Shown: positions 26,130 through 39,507 of the stretch, one piece after another | How positions within the stretch are numbered: the stretch's first letter is position 1 | Layout: every line of letters starts with the position of its first letter | NCBI GenBank assembly: GCA_951406725.2 | Contig: OX597826.1 | Coordinates: forward strand, 67,394,001-67,458,000 | From: Octopus vulgaris | Taxonomy: Eukaryota | Direction of reading: 5' to 3' | DNA: 64,000 nucleotides | Notes under the pieces: generated by a model | What the model was told of the DNA's origin: nothing | The model's database searches: none | What the model saw: only the letters and a program-made list of their open reading frames with translations | Program-made: the position numbers and the translations under genes

Positions 26130-26415
26130 TTATTCATTTAAGGGCACCGCCTTGAAGGCTTTTAGTCGAACAAATTGACCTCAGAACTTATTTTTTTAAA
26201 GCTCAGTACTTAGTCTATCGATATGTTTTCCTAACCGCTTGGTTACGGGGACGTAAAGGTACCAACACCAGTTGTCGTGTAGTGGTGGGGGACATATACA
26301 GACATAAAAACAAACGAACATACATACAGACATACATCAATACAAACAGATAGAGAGACACACAGACACACTCAGAGACAGAGACAAGACCCAAACCCCT
26401 CTTCAGTTGCCGATC
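26130..26415 (-). mobile_element. SINE family B, partial
   Basis: GCACCGCC...TTAGTCGAACAAATTGACC...GTTACGGGGACGTAAA matches other B copies. Confidence 0.75.
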
Positions 26416-27004
26416 ACATATCGTCACAATTTTTATACTATTTATTTAAACATCAGCGCGCGCGTATGCACACATACACACGCGCGCGCACTCACACACA
26501 TTAGTGCGTGAGTAGGTGTATGTAAATATATAAATTAGGTTGATTCAATGACGTATAAAAGTGGAAGTGAAATTAAGACCAGGATCAAATGGGAAGGTAA
26601 ACACGCTGCGATGTACCACAAGGGATGGACCGACTGACGAACATGGTACAATATATTTTTGTTATTGAGTCTTTCATGGGTAAACTTTCAACTCTTCAAT
26701 ATTGAAGCTTTTCATTGTTGGCGGTCGTAGTAGTGATGGTACGGGCATGATGGTGGCGGAGGTGATGGGGAATGATAGTCGTTGACGATAGCGCTGATGG
26801 TAGGATTCTACTAGCCGGTTGGTACATGTTGTTGCTCGTGATTTTAATGATATTGCGATAATCATACACTTGCACATACTTGCGCACGCACCCTTCCTCA
26901 AACACACGCACACATATATAGATACATGCACACATGGTATCATAATATTCATACATGCGCGCACGCACACAGAGGCGCATATATATATATATTTGTTTGT
27001 TTTT

Positions 27005-27223
27005 GTTTTGTTTTTCCAGTTTCAGCTCTTGAGCTGTGGCCATGCTGGGGCACCGCCATTGTGGTGAAAGAGTACAGCAGGGATCACCACCCCCTGCCGG
27101 AGCCTCGTAGAGCTTTTAGGTGTTTTCGCTCAATAAACACACACAACGCCCGGTCTGAGAATCGAAACCGCGATCCTGCGACCGCGAGTCCGCTGCCCTA
27201 ACCACTAGGCCATTGCGCCTCCA
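27005..27223 (-). mobile_element. Chimeric SINE: family C head plus family B 3' end
   Basis: Head matches 25713 onward; joined to GGCGGTGCCCCAGCATGGCCACAG on the minus strand. Confidence 0.8.
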
Positions 27224-27235
27224 TATATATATATT

Positions 27236-27268
<33 letters not shown>

Positions 27269-27669
27269 GTATATACTAAATGATGTAACAAACGCAAAAT
27301 TACATAAGGACTGATTATCATTGATAACACAAAATTATGAACATGTATATGCACACAAACGAACACATGTGATATATATGTGTAGAAATAGATCATATGT
27401 ATGCACACACATACACACGCACACATATATAGAAATGTATATGTTAATAGTGAAATGTTAATATTTAATGTAAATACACTCACACATACACCCACACAGA
27501 AGCACAGATATACACATTTACCAGTAGCAAAAACATCTAAGGTACAAATCCTACGTATATACTTGCATATATACACACTAGTAACACGAAGAAAATCACA
27601 CATCTAGCCCAATGCACAAGTGCATTTACACACGCACAGATATACAGACGTATATGCACAGCCTAACAC

Positions 27670-27710
<41 letters not shown>

Positions 27711-28581
27711 AACATACACACACACATATATATACATACAAACACATGCATATATATTTATATATATGTATACATCTATGTATATATGCTTGTACACTCC
27801 TCAAACATTTCATTATTCGACGTATGTAATTACTGCTAATATATTAGTTGGATATGCTATTAACAAAAGTATTGATTACTTTATTAATTATGCATCCCCT
27901 GATATCTCTACAAAATCAAAAATGTATTTTAAGTGGTAAAATATTCCGAAAATTTTTCGGTTTATTTTTTTTTTTATATTTCATTTACATTTTTTTTTTG
28001 TCTGAGATGTCATTTCTAAAATACATCGTACACTATAATTATTTCGAAAGCGACCTACGTAATCGATCAGTTACATAAATGACAAAAATAAAGCGCGGAA
28101 GCCTTAGCACATGTGTAACATGATGTACGTTTAAAAACGATTTTTTTCTTTCTGTGGGCAATAGACCTGTACCAAATAACGCACAAAGAGAAAACAACTA
28201 CAATTTTTAATTATCAAATTTCAACGTATAAACTCTTCTTTCCTCAAAATTAAACCCATATCTAATTTTCAAATTATGGTTATTACTTGATCAATTGATA
28301 AGAAGTATGATGTCAAATATATATTTATATACGAATATTTATCGATAGCTGCGTATGTTATCGATGACATAAGTTGCTCGGTACATTTACAAAGGAATGG
28401 CGTGCTGTTATAGTAGGAGGGCGATCAGTGTAATATTTGGTTCGATGAGTGCATGAGGTTGTTTATATATCTTATAAATGTTATTGTTTAATTGAAGATA
28501 AATTATAAGTAGAAGAATATAACTATCGACAGCTGTCCAGGAGTTTCTTTCAGTGCACAGTTCGTTTATATATACATATAT

Positions 28582-28993
28582 AGGCGTAGGAGTGGCTGTG
28601 TGGTAAGCAGTTTGCTTACAAACCACATGGTTCCGGATTCAGTCCCACTGTGTGGTACCTTGGGTAAGTGTCTTCTACTATAGCCTCGGGTCGACCAAAG
28701 CCTTGTGAGTGGATTTGGTAGACAGAAACTGAAAAGAAGCCCATTATATATGTATGAATATATGTGTGTGTATATAGTTGTGTGTCTGTGTTTGTTCCCC
28801 CAACATCGCTTGACAAACGATATTGGTGTGTTTACGTCCCGTAACCGAGCAGTTCAACAAAAGTGACCGATATAATAAGTATTAGGCTTACAAAGAATAA
28901 GTCCTGGGGTCGATTTGCTCGACTAAAGGCTGTGCCCCAGCATGGCTGCAGTCAAATGACTGAAACAAGTGAAAGAGTAAAAAGAGAAAGAGA
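28582..28993 (+). mobile_element. tRNA-derived SINE family B, full length
   Basis: A box TGGCTGTGTGG, B-box-like GGATTCAGTCCC, CORE-like ACCTTGGGTAAGTG, internal (TG)n, 3' GCTTACAAAGAATAAGTCC...CAGTCAAATGACTGAAACAAG. Confidence 0.9.
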
Positions 28994-29062
28994 ATATATA
29001 TATATATGTTTGTGTGTGTGTATGTGTGTGCATGTGAATGTGTGTGTGTATGTGTATGTGTA

Positions 29063-29448
29063 TGAGGCCGCTTGGCTCACTGGTTAGAACGTCGGTCTCA
29101 CAACCATGAATAAGTGAATTCGATTTCCTGACAGGGGTGTGTTCTTCAGAAAGATATTTCTTTTTTTTTTTAAGTTGCACCACTTCACTCAGCTGTAGAA
29201 CTAGAGTTGCGATGTCACTGGTGCCAAGGTGTATCGACCTTTGCCTTTCCCGTGGATAAAATCGCTTGACAACCGATGCTGGTGTGTTTACGTCCCCGTA
29301 ACATAGCGGTTCAGCAAAAGAGAAAGAGAGAATAAATACTAGGCTTACAAAGAATAAGTCCGTGGGTCGATTTGTTCGACTAAAGGCGGTGCTCCAGCAT
29401 GGCCGCAGTAAAATGACTGAAACAAATAAAAGAATACAAGAATAAAAG
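29063..29448 (+). mobile_element. Chimeric SINE: family D head/body plus family B 3' half
   Basis: D-like sequence up to GCCTTTCCCGTGGATAA, then B-like ATCGCTTGACAACCGATGCTGG to the tail. Confidence 0.75.
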
Positions 29449-29529
29449 AATGTTTTAGAACAATTTGAGGACAATAAAGGAATCATATTGTCTTGATTTG
29501 ATTTGTTGTCGGGGAAACAAACGTCCAAC

Positions 29530-31270
29530 GTGTCGGATACTTAATTTTCTTAGTAAAAAATTAAAAACCACAGTCAGACAAATTAGGAATGTGAAAGCAA
29601 AAGCGAAGTGATTTAGATAGATAAGTCAAGGATGAATGGGTCAGGACAGAGTGAATAGCGCAGGGAGTTGTGTGTTCGATAGGATGGGGGAAGGTTGGAT
29701 GATATCGGGGAAAGGCAAAAGAAAACTGAACGGGTTTCGAGTCGGTGTAGCAGAAATGGGAGGGAGGTGGTTAGTAGTTATGAGCCAAAAGAGAAATAAA
29801 TGGCCAGAGTTTCTGAGGAGGATATATAAAATAACATACGTAAGAAGAAGCAAGATGACGGCTGAGAGGTGAAGAGAAGGAGGTAGCGGTTGGGGCCGAA
29901 GAATTGTTAGAATGTGGGGAAAATAATGATGATGATAATAAAATTTGCCAGAATTGAAAGAAAAATATATAATGGACAGGCTGCTCTGGCAGAAAGTGGA
30001 TAGAAGTTGGTAGAGAAGTAAACGTACTTCACTATGGTTTTGTATATATTCTGACCTTTGTCACTTGCCCTTGTTTCGAACCAAATTTCTGCATCTTTTC
30101 TTTCGTTGCTTCTAAAGGTCTATTTTTGCAATAAAGGGCTTGGTAATCTTTGTCTAAAAGTCTACTGATGTCAAGGCATGCACAGTAATTCCCTCATCTG
30201 CAATAATTCTTAGCCAGCAAGCCTATGAGAACGCCTTTTGTAAAATACACTCCCACACAGATTGCTTCTTTCACAGATCTGCACATGTGGGTCACGTGAA
30301 AACCACTGCAAGCCGGGCAATGCAATCGGTAGAGCGTGCATACTAGCATATAAGAAAATGGGCTGTGGTGTATATGAGTAAGTAATCTCTCAGGCCGATT
30401 GTGGGCTCTAGTGAAAGCCAGTTAAGCAGTAAATTCCGGGAGAATTTCATCTCAAGTACTGTGGACAAATTCCAGATTTCTCTGGGCTGAGAGTGTTAGA
30501 CGGATGACATAAGAGCGTTGGTATCCGAGCATGTCCAAGAAGGGTAGGGCGCTAGCAATTCATATATTATGCACCCCTTCAAGTCTATGCATGGCTGGCT
30601 CGTGGAGCTATGACGACATTTTTTAGGACGGATTTTAAAATCTCCGTACTAACCTCTGTGACAGAAGTGGCGGAGAATTTTTCTCCGTTTGGTTAGTAAG
30701 GTCAAATAGGTAGTATGGTGGCCATGTTTGAAAGGTTTAAGGATAGGACTCTATGTCTATGACTACATGAAGTTCTACATGAAGCAGAAAGTATAATGGA
30801 GGGAAATGTATTGTCCTGTTCCGAACTGATGAAAAGCTGTGGAAAGTGTTGATACTGTAACTTATGAGAGAGTCTGTCTTTGAATTCTTATTTCTTTATT
30901 GTCCACAAGGGGCTAAACATAGAGGGGACAAACAAGGACAGACAAACGGATTAAGTCAATTACATCGACTCCAGTGCGTAACTGGTACTTAATTTATCGA
31001 CCCCGAAAGGATGAAAGGTAAAGTAGACCTCGGCGGAATTTGAACTCAGAACGTAAAGACAGACGAAATACCACCAAGTATTTCGCCCGGCGTAGTAACG
31101 TTTCTGCTAGCTTGCCGCCCCTGTCTTTTAATTCTACCTGGATGTTACTTTCAGTAGAAAGGAGATCTGCAGCCTGCTCGTGGTTCAGGTCCATGGGTTC
31201 TCTGACTCTCAGTGAATGCCAATTTGCACCCGTGTGGAAACGTGTTTTGTAACTTATTAAAACGTGATAC
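29530..31270 (-). mobile_element. Highly decayed LINE-like (CR1/L2-like?) 3' region
   Basis: Non-microsatellite block that continues across the SINE at 30889-31120. Only weak resemblance to LINE C-terminal motifs. Confidence 0.3.
30889..31120 (-). mobile_element. SINE family A (A1), full length, 15-bp TSD
   Basis: Flanked by CTGTCTTT(G/T)AATTCT at 30874-30888 and 31121-31135. Confidence 0.92.
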
Positions 31271-32943
31271 ATTTTTCGTGTGTTACATTATTTTCTCAAC
31301 TCCATTTATTTGTGTCTGTACAAGAGCAGATGTTGTCACGTTAGCGTTTGCAATATTTTTGAATGTTAAGATAGGTAGTTCCTTGTGTCTAATAAAGAAA
31401 CAAGTATTTCAAAAATAAATAAAAAGTGGATGCTTATTATTAACTTTAATATTATTGATTAAATATATAATCACATGATTTTTAACAGCTTCTTCTGCAC
31501 CATTAGATGTACTACCGTGTTGCTTAGGCCTGTACATTATTTTCGTCCTTCGGGAGTGTCAATTAGTGCTTGTATGTTACCACCGCTTTGCTTTGTTGTT
31601 GGAGCCGTTTTGGTTATTTCTAGCTCTATTTAAATATTTTGTCTGTATATTGTATAGAGATATGTGCTATTAGAGATATGTTACATATTATTGAATAGTG
31701 ACTGTGTAATCTATGCATTGCATGAGTTTTGTTATAATAACAGAAGGCGGGTAATTTTGTAGAAAGTGAGATGTAAGAGGTGTTGCTAGTGTGAGTGTTA
31801 TATTATTATTAGACATGTCACGTTGCTTAAGACTTGGTTTTTTAATTCTTTTGCGTCACATACCTGCTATATCAATTAATTATCAACGTCTAGGCGTAGC
31901 CATAAATGTAATTAAGGTCCTGTAGGGTATAAACAGATGAGATAATTAATTTTCTCTATGTCATGATATGACGGAGTTAGTGCATGTGAGAGGGGTCGAC
32001 CGTCTCAAACTATTAAATATTATTTAGTTATATAATTTTAAAAAAAGATCTCAGCAAAATAATTTAATAATTCTTGCTGCCATAATTCATTTTGAGAATG
32101 GTTTTATCATGAATGGAATTTAATTTCAGATCTTTCATTAAAAAAGGGTTAAATAGAAATATTAATATCAAGCTGAAAGAATCTGTTTAAAATTTTTTTT
32201 GTGTGTGTTTTCTAATTTCTTTATTGTTTTATTTTGTCATTCAGAAAATATATGGTGCCGTAAAATATTCTGGATGAAATTAAGAATATATAGCTATTGT
32301 GAAATAATTTTAATGTAAATTAATTTAATGGAATTGTTTTATTTTCTAGAAACGACAGTGATTTAGCATAAATTGGTAGAATGTCGATATAAAATACCTT
32401 ACTGTATTTAAATTTGTATTGAATTCTATTAATTATTATTAATAATAATAATGGTTCTAATCTTACCGTAGTCAACTTGGTATATGACACTCTTGGGATC
32501 GATTAAGTCAACAAAAGTGATCTAATAGAGTTGGGTGGTTGACAACACAATTCAGCTTGCTTTCAATTAATGTTCTGCTTTGTGACAAGTTTTTTTTTAT
32601 AAAAAAGAAAACAGATACTAGAAAATTGAATAAGTCTGTAGTTGCGAGACAGCAGATTGCCTTATTTAGTTATTCCGTTGCGAATTTGTGATAAATCAAA
32701 TCTTTGCATTAAAGACAATCTAAGCGTCATTTTTCTGTTTTATTTCGAGGTATTGTATATCCAAGACTATATCTATTATATTTCTCCGTTTTGTAATAGA
32801 TTTCGCGTTGGGGATGTTAACTAGTGGTCTTAGAATGTCTAGTGATCTCATAGGTTATCTTTTGTTTCGCTGGTCTGAGGGACTGAGATCAAATATTGTG
32901 GGCAGTTGCTCGAGGTCTTCATTTAGTTCATTAGAAATCGATC

Positions 32944-32990
<47 letters not shown>

Positions 32991-33246
32991 ATATATGATG
33001 GTCCACACGCTTGGCTATTCCAGAAACAGCTATAAGAGACTCTATATATCTATATTCTCTATCTAAATGAAGTGACTTTGTCAAGTGATGATAAACGGCT
33101 TGCGTTCTTTATTTTTACTCTAATCTTTTTCTACCTGCTCAAGGATAAACCACATATAGCCGCTTCTGATAACAAGTCTCAACAACACACGTTCAGATGC
33201 AGTTCAGAGTTTTAGTGGTAAAACAAACATAGCAGCAGCAATCCTT

Positions 33247-33325
<79 letters not shown>

Positions 33326-33714
33326 ATGTATGCATTTATTCATATATATATGTATGGATTATGAATGTAATGAAAAGGAAAGGAAGAAGACAACACACCA
33401 GGGGTAGGTATCAGTTTAATAGTTTAATGCTTAAAACAGAAAGAAAAGAGTTTTCACGTTTCGGATGCTAGCACATCATCAGCAGACAGAGGAGAAAATT
33501 AAAGAAGAACAGTGAAAAGGAAAAGTAATTCGAGAAAACAAAAACGGGCGTGGATTTAGAGACTGCGCTGGAATGCAGTTCTATAAGGGGGTTAAGAAGG
33601 GTGGAGGGACGGTTGTAGGAGTGTAGCTGTGTACAAATAAATAGACACGCACTCACACGCACGCTTACACACACCAAACACACACACACACACATATATA
33701 AATAGACGTAGCAA

Positions 33715-34030
33715 GGTTGAACGAAATTGGAGTTTGTTTCGAAATTGTGAGGTGCGAGGTTCTAATCCATTGTGTAGTGTCTCGATTCCCTCAACCTATC
33801 TCTGCGGAATTGTAAATGGAAATTGTGCGGAAGGCCACCGGAGAGACTGTGCCTGTAATTCAATTCCTATCTAAGCATACGCTCTGTAACTTTTATTCTT
33901 CCAAACAATTATGCTAAGGGTAAATGTGTTTTTGAAACGGTCATCCACTTCACACGTCAAGTCAATGAGTAAATCACTAAATTTAACAAATCACTGAAGA
34001 TACATCTTTGAAATCAACGGAATCTCAATC
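33715..34030 (+). mobile_element. Degenerate SINE-like copy
   Basis: B-box-like GGTTCTAATCC and GGAAATTGTGCGGAAGGCC body similar to 41935-42305. Confidence 0.45.
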
Positions 34031-34097
34031 AACCTATCTCTCTATCTCCCGTCTCTCTCTGCTATATATATCTATATCTATATCTATCTATCAATAC

Positions 34098-34342
34098 ATG
34101 AGCCGTGCTAGGCTCATAAGGGCCGATTTCCCGGTTTCAATGGCGTAGCAATTCTCCACCAGAACAGGACACCGGTCCGTCGCAGGATTATTCATTTTTG
34201 CCAGTTGAGTGGAGTGGAGTGGAGCAACGTGAAAATGAAGTGTTTTGCTCTAGAACACAACGCATCGCCCAGTCAAAGAATCGAAACCACAACCTTACGA
34301 TCACGAGTTCAACACCCTAACCACTAAGCCATGCGCCTCCAC
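34098..34342 (-). mobile_element. tRNA-derived SINE family E (D-like head/CORE with C-like tail)
   Basis: Minus-strand TGGCTTAGTGGTTAGGG...GTTTCGATTC, GAGCAAAACACTTC, CCTGCGACGGACCGG, GAAACCGGGAAATCGGCCCTTATGAGCC. Confidence 0.85.
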
Positions 34343-34346
34343 CTCC

Positions 34347-34427
<81 letters not shown>

Positions 34428-35271
34428 TTCTATTTATCTCTGTATCTAACTATGTGTTTATATAAGTGAGTGCATATATGCGACTTTACATGAGTGTGTG
34501 CGTCTATGTGGATGTGTGTCTGTGTGCTGTGAGCTTTTTAATCGCTTGCTACATCTACTCTTCTGTGTACATAACATACCTTCAATTCTCCTAATGTCAG
34601 ACATCTATAGCTTCCTTTATTTAAATACGGAGTCCGTTTTCCCGGACAAATCTGAACGATGCGAAGTCTTGAATATTTCATAGTATTTTAATATTCTTAC
34701 TATACCTACTCAATTCGAATCTTTTGTAACTTATTCAAATATGGATGTCATATATAAATAAGATACATAACTATAATATACTTCTATTGTCACTGTTGAC
34801 TATTCGTTTTCCTAAACCATGACAACGGTATACTCTTCTACAGATTGCCATAACGAGACACAAACTCCTACGAATTGCTTCGCAATCTTAGTTAAACTTA
34901 ATTATTTTCATTCCCATAACAAATTACCATAGGAAAGCACGCACAGCCTTTCCCCCAAAACGATTAACTCTTTTACGTTGTCACAAATAAATGCAATATG
35001 CATTTCTGGTGAGCATATTTCCAAATTTTAACCATTTTAATTCAGTTATTCAGTTAATAGATTTATATTCGGGAAGGTCTGGAAATAATGACGACGTTGT
35101 TACAGCCGTAGACGCGATAAAATTTTCTGCTCTATTCAGCGTTCAATTAGTTTCTCAATTTTTGCAGCCCAACCCAAGGAAATATTTATGACTCTTTTAC
35201 AGATTGACAGTAGTAAATGTACAAGAACAATTCTACTTTATGATTTCTACAAGAACAATTCTACTCCTATG

Positions 35272-35418
35272 AAGAAGTGCGGCCTAGTAGTTAAAGCGTT
35301 TGGTTCACACTCTGAAGGTCGTAGGTTCAACTACTAGAGCTAGCAGCGCGTGGTGACATAGCGGTTCGACAAAAGAGACCGATAGAATAAGTACTAGGCT
35401 TACAAAGAATAAGTCATT
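35272..35418 (+). mobile_element. SINE head fused to family B fragment
   Basis: GGCCTAGTAGTTAAAGCG...GGTTCAACT, then TAGCGGTTCGACAAAAGAGACCGATAGAATAAGTAC. Confidence 0.65.
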
Positions 35419-35435
35419 AAAATTAAGTCATACTT

Positions 35436-35718
35436 TCATTCTTTTACTTGTTTCAGTCATTTTACTGCGGCCATGCTGCAGCACCGCCTTTAGTCGAGCA
35501 AATCGACCCCAGGACTTATTCTGTGGAAGCCTTTTACTTATTCTATCGGTCTCTTTTGCCGAACAGCTATGTTACGGGGACGTAAACACACCAGCATCGG
35601 TTGTCAAGCGATATTGGGGGGAGCAAACACACACATACACACACACAAACAGAAACACATATACACATATACATATATACGACAGGCTTCTTTCAGTTTC
35701 CGTCTACCAAATCCACTT
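35436..35718 (-). mobile_element. SINE family B, 5' truncated
   Basis: Clear reverse-complement match to 28700-28993. Confidence 0.88.
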
Positions 35719-35920
35719 TATGTTTAGCCCCTGGAGAGTAATAAAGAAATTAATTAGAGCAGCTTTGAGGCCAAACAGGTATTTTCAAGGCTTGAATAGA
35801 AATACCTGCTTATATAATGAAGAATTTATTAATGTCGGAGTTGTAAACACGTCAGAAGCGAATTCACTGAGATGATTCTGAAGTCAAGAATGTTTATTCA
35901 GAATGTTTAATTATGCAATA

Positions 35921-36194
35921 TAGTAATGGCTCGATATACGAATTAATTCGTTCCCGGAAATCGCTTGTAAAACGAAAACTCGTCAAACAGAGCAATCATT
36001 TCCCATAGTAGGAATGAAATTTTATGCCGCAATTTTACTTAGTTGCTGTGTAGATGCAACAGAACCGGTGTTGCCACATGTTGCAGTGTTGTAACACACA
36101 CAAAATGACTGTTTAACCTTTTTTACATTTATTATAAAAAACTGGTAAACTCGGGGTCTCGTAAAACGGCTCCTCGTAAACTGAGGTATTACTG
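35921..36194. mobile_element. pogo/Tigger-like MITE
   Basis: TA-flanked imperfect TIRs TAGTAATGGCTCGATATACGA and TCGTAAACTGAGGTATTACTG, with repeated subterminal CTCGTAAA motifs. Confidence 0.7.
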
Positions 36195-36249
36195 TATGTG
36201 TTATTAATGAGTACGGAGGTAGCAGCATTAGTTCTATAGTTGAATAACT

Positions 36250-37115
36250 TAGTTGTTAAATGAACAGACATTCCAACCATAGCCATCACGTATTTTCCTC
36301 GGTGCAGTGAACCCAGGCCAACGTATATGGTTTTCTTTTTTTGAAACAGTAGAGTATCATCTGAAGGAGATTTTCATGTTATTTCGAGCAGGTTAAGTGA
36401 CAAGGAGATTCTCAGCAGTTAATTTTTGATTTTGTTGTTTAACCGAGATCAGCAGAGATGAGGCATAACTTTAAACAAAGCTATTCTCTGAATGATTATT
36501 CTCTCATATTCGGGCTATGAAAAGCGTTGTTATTCAGTTGTGATCTTCATTCTTTTAAGACAATAGTCAGTAGGTTTTGAGAGATATAGCTACTATAACC
36601 AGCAAATCGAGCATCTGCAAACACATCTCCTTTACAACAACACGGTGTTTGTTTCCGTGAAATGTTCATCTCATTGTATTGCTTGGAACCACCGAATGAG
36701 TTTAAGTTACCGAATCTTCATGGCAGAAAACTTTCCACATTATATAATCAACCAAGAATATACATACACACAGTATTAACACATAACTGCAAGAGGAAGA
36801 GAATCCAGTAGAGATCGCCTCGGGAGATTTAAGAATCTCCGGAATCAACAAGAATCTTCTCTTTCCTGTTTTGCATATAACTGTATGAGTTATCTGAATC
36901 AATGCCATCAACAGTTCCAAGACCTCTACGTGTTTACTCCAACAGCTTTAATCGCTATCAAACCTCACTTTCACTCATACACCATTATCTTGGAAAGGAA
37001 AGACATCATTGGATAATGTAGTCCGGGATACAATATGTCTTAAAATGAGACGGCTGCTTTGTCTTTAATCATGGTTCGCTGCGTTGAGGGCTGGTTTGAG
37101 TTCTAAAGGAATCGC
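36250..37115. mobile_element. Three old copies of interspersed repeat family H (36250-36415 +, 36432-36635 +, 36920-37115 -)
   Basis: Shared degenerate blocks CATTCCA.CC.T..CCATC and TGA.GGAGATTT...GCTATTTC.AGCAG. Further copies near 38875-39065, 49030-49150, 49495-49630 and 49770-49880. Confidence 0.5.
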
Positions 37116-37518
37116 AATAAATACACTGATCGATGATGGCATATCAATATTTATTATATCTAAGATTTGTTATTATATTTAAGACGCAAATCACATTCAA
37201 GTTCACTTCAAATGACGTAGTTTAAAAATGAAAGTGTAATGTAGTCCTAGATGCACTATGCCTACAAAACGAAGAGAAAAGGATGAATAATAGTAATTGC
37301 TGGGGAATAAATAAATATGGGTGTGGTGCATCATATGTGAGCCAGCGCCTAACAACAATAAAAATATACTTTGTTTCTGATTCCAAACTACATGTAGACC
37401 TATCACCCCACGAACACACATATATTCATATCTGTTTGTGTACACCGGTGTATGTGCTTTCGGGTGTGTGTGTGTGCATAAATGCATATATTTGAACCAA
37501 TTAAATATAGTCATGTCG

Positions 37519-38350
37519 TAACGACGGGGTACTAAAAAAGAAACCAGAATTTTGCAATATTTTATTCATTTAGTTTTAGCTGTTTACACATTTATCGCCT
37601 TCAAAGTATTCCCCATTTGAAATAATGCATCAGTCCAGACACGTTTTTCACTGTTTGAAGCAGTGCTGGAACCCTTGAGATGCATTTTAACGCCTCCGTC
37701 GTTTTATTCTTCACCACCTCCACATCTGCAAATTCTGTAGCACCAACATATGTCACCAGAGATGACATTCTAAAAAAAAAATCCGAATCAATTTGCAACC
37801 GTTGTTTCAGTTCACGACACGCATTCACTCATGACTGCTTATGATCCTCCGTGAGCAACGAAGGCATACATTTTGCTACAACTCTTTTCGCTCAAAAGTC
37901 GTTCACAGGAGCTCCAGGATACACCAGCCATATCAAAAAGTTCGTCAGTTGTACGATGACGGTCCTCCAAAATCACCTCATGAATTTTCATGTTTTCATT
38001 CGTTCGGGAGGTCGACGGTCGTCCTGAATGAGGTTGGTCTTCAAGCGACAAGTGGCCATGCCTAAAGTGCGGAAACAACTCGTAAACTAGTGTTTGAAGC
38101 ATGACAACTGTTTCGGCCGCAGCGGAAGTACGCTGTTACTTCGTTTCAACCATCGCAAAAATCGAAGAACAGTGGAAAAACACTGCAAAACAAAGACACA
38201 CAACGCGGTAGTACGACCCCAGGGTCGGATGCCGGTCGGCAGACTGATGACTGAAGGTCTCATCAAGTGGCTTCTAGCGGGTGTAGCCTGAAATACAAAG
38301 CGCTTGTCCCACAGAGAAAGTTTCCTGTTACTTATGAGTAGCTCCTCGTA
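37519..38350 (-). mobile_element. mariner element with both TIRs and an internal deletion
   Basis: Imperfect TIRs (ACGACGGGGTACTAAAAAAGAAACCAGAA and the reverse complement of TTCCTGTTACTTATGAGTAGCTCCTCGT). HTH region SLEDQPHSGRPSTS...EDRHRT; C-terminus ...CIISNGEYFEG. Catalytic core missing. Confidence 0.85.
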
Positions 38351-38364
38351 TATAAAATATTGAT

Positions 38365-38565
38365 TTTAAATTTTGGCTCAAGGCCAGCAATTTCGGGAGA
38401 AGGTGGAAGTCAATTATATCGACCCACGTCTTCAACTGGTGCTTGTTTTATCGACTTCTTGAGGCTGAATGGCAAAGTCGAACTCAGCAGAATTTGAACT
38501 CAAGGGTGAAATATCGGTAGGCATATTGTTCAGCTTGCTAACAATTCTGTCATCTCGCCGCCTTA
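38365..38565 (-). mobile_element. SINE family A (A2-like tail), degenerate
   Basis: GGCAAAGTCGAACTCAGCAGAATTTGAACTC...CTCGCCGCCTTA. Confidence 0.8.
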
Positions 38566-39067
38566 AACAGCCTTGATATTGACTAAATGGCTGTGGTTAA
38601 AAACTATATAAAATATAATATATTAAGAGAGGAAAAAATGGAAGTATTATGTCTTCTGCTTGTATAATTGATAAGTTTACTACAAGGTTTCTGTCCCTTG
38701 TGATAATAGGAAGAAATATTGAAATATGAAAAGGTGAAAAAATTCGTATGAAATGAAGTCATCCTTAAAATTGAAATGAGATTCAAGCTGTTACAACGAT
38801 CGGTACACCGTAATTTCAAAGGTATTACGTATAACACCGCAGGAAGCAACAAGAACCTTACCTGTTGCAGAACCTCCAGCATTGCTAGACTGAATGTTTA
38901 TGCACATAGCGCGGACTGCTAGGTATATCAGCAATATATCCTTAAAAACCCACTCCGTATCGTCTGAAAATGATCGGTACCATGGAAAATATAGTCCATG
39001 TCGTACTTAGACTAATGGAAAAATAAAAAAGAAATCCGGATAGGTTACAGTAAGAATAATTTAAATA

Positions 39068-39507
39068 TATTGGGTTGTCCGGAAAGTTCGTGCCGATTTA
39101 TAGAAACTTACCTTTCGACTTATTTTAGAACATGGTTGAGTCCATAAAATAGGATTGGACTATACCTCCATTTAGAGCACAGTTTAAGCTATATTTTCGT
39201 GGAAGAAGATTTATGTTCCTATAACCTGTGTTAATTCTGTAACCCTTTAAAATGGAAGATAAGAAAGTTCATTTTCGGCACTTGATGCTTTGGATCCGGA
39301 CAAAAATTGCTGCAGCTCGGCTGGAATGTGTTACACCACCCTCCATATTCACCAGTTATTGCTCCTTCTCTTAATGGTAAAAAATTCAATACCTTGGATA
39401 ACGTAAAAAGATACCGTGAGGAATTCTTTGCCATGAAACCACCTCAATTCTGGGAAGAAGGTATTTTCAAATTAAAGGAAAGATGGAGACGCATTGTGCA
39501 ACAAAAA
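39068..39507 (+). mobile_element. mariner deletion derivative
   Basis: TIR-like TATTGGGTTGTCCGGAAAGTTCGTGCCGATTT. ATG at 39252 gives MEDKKVHFRHLML, joined to LGWNVLHHPPYSPVIAPS...GIFKLKERWRRIV. Confidence 0.9.

Noticed and set aside
38856-38895. Possible minus-strand micro-exon ending CAG|GTAAG
   Set aside because: Weak acceptor, overlaps an old repeat, no supporting homology.
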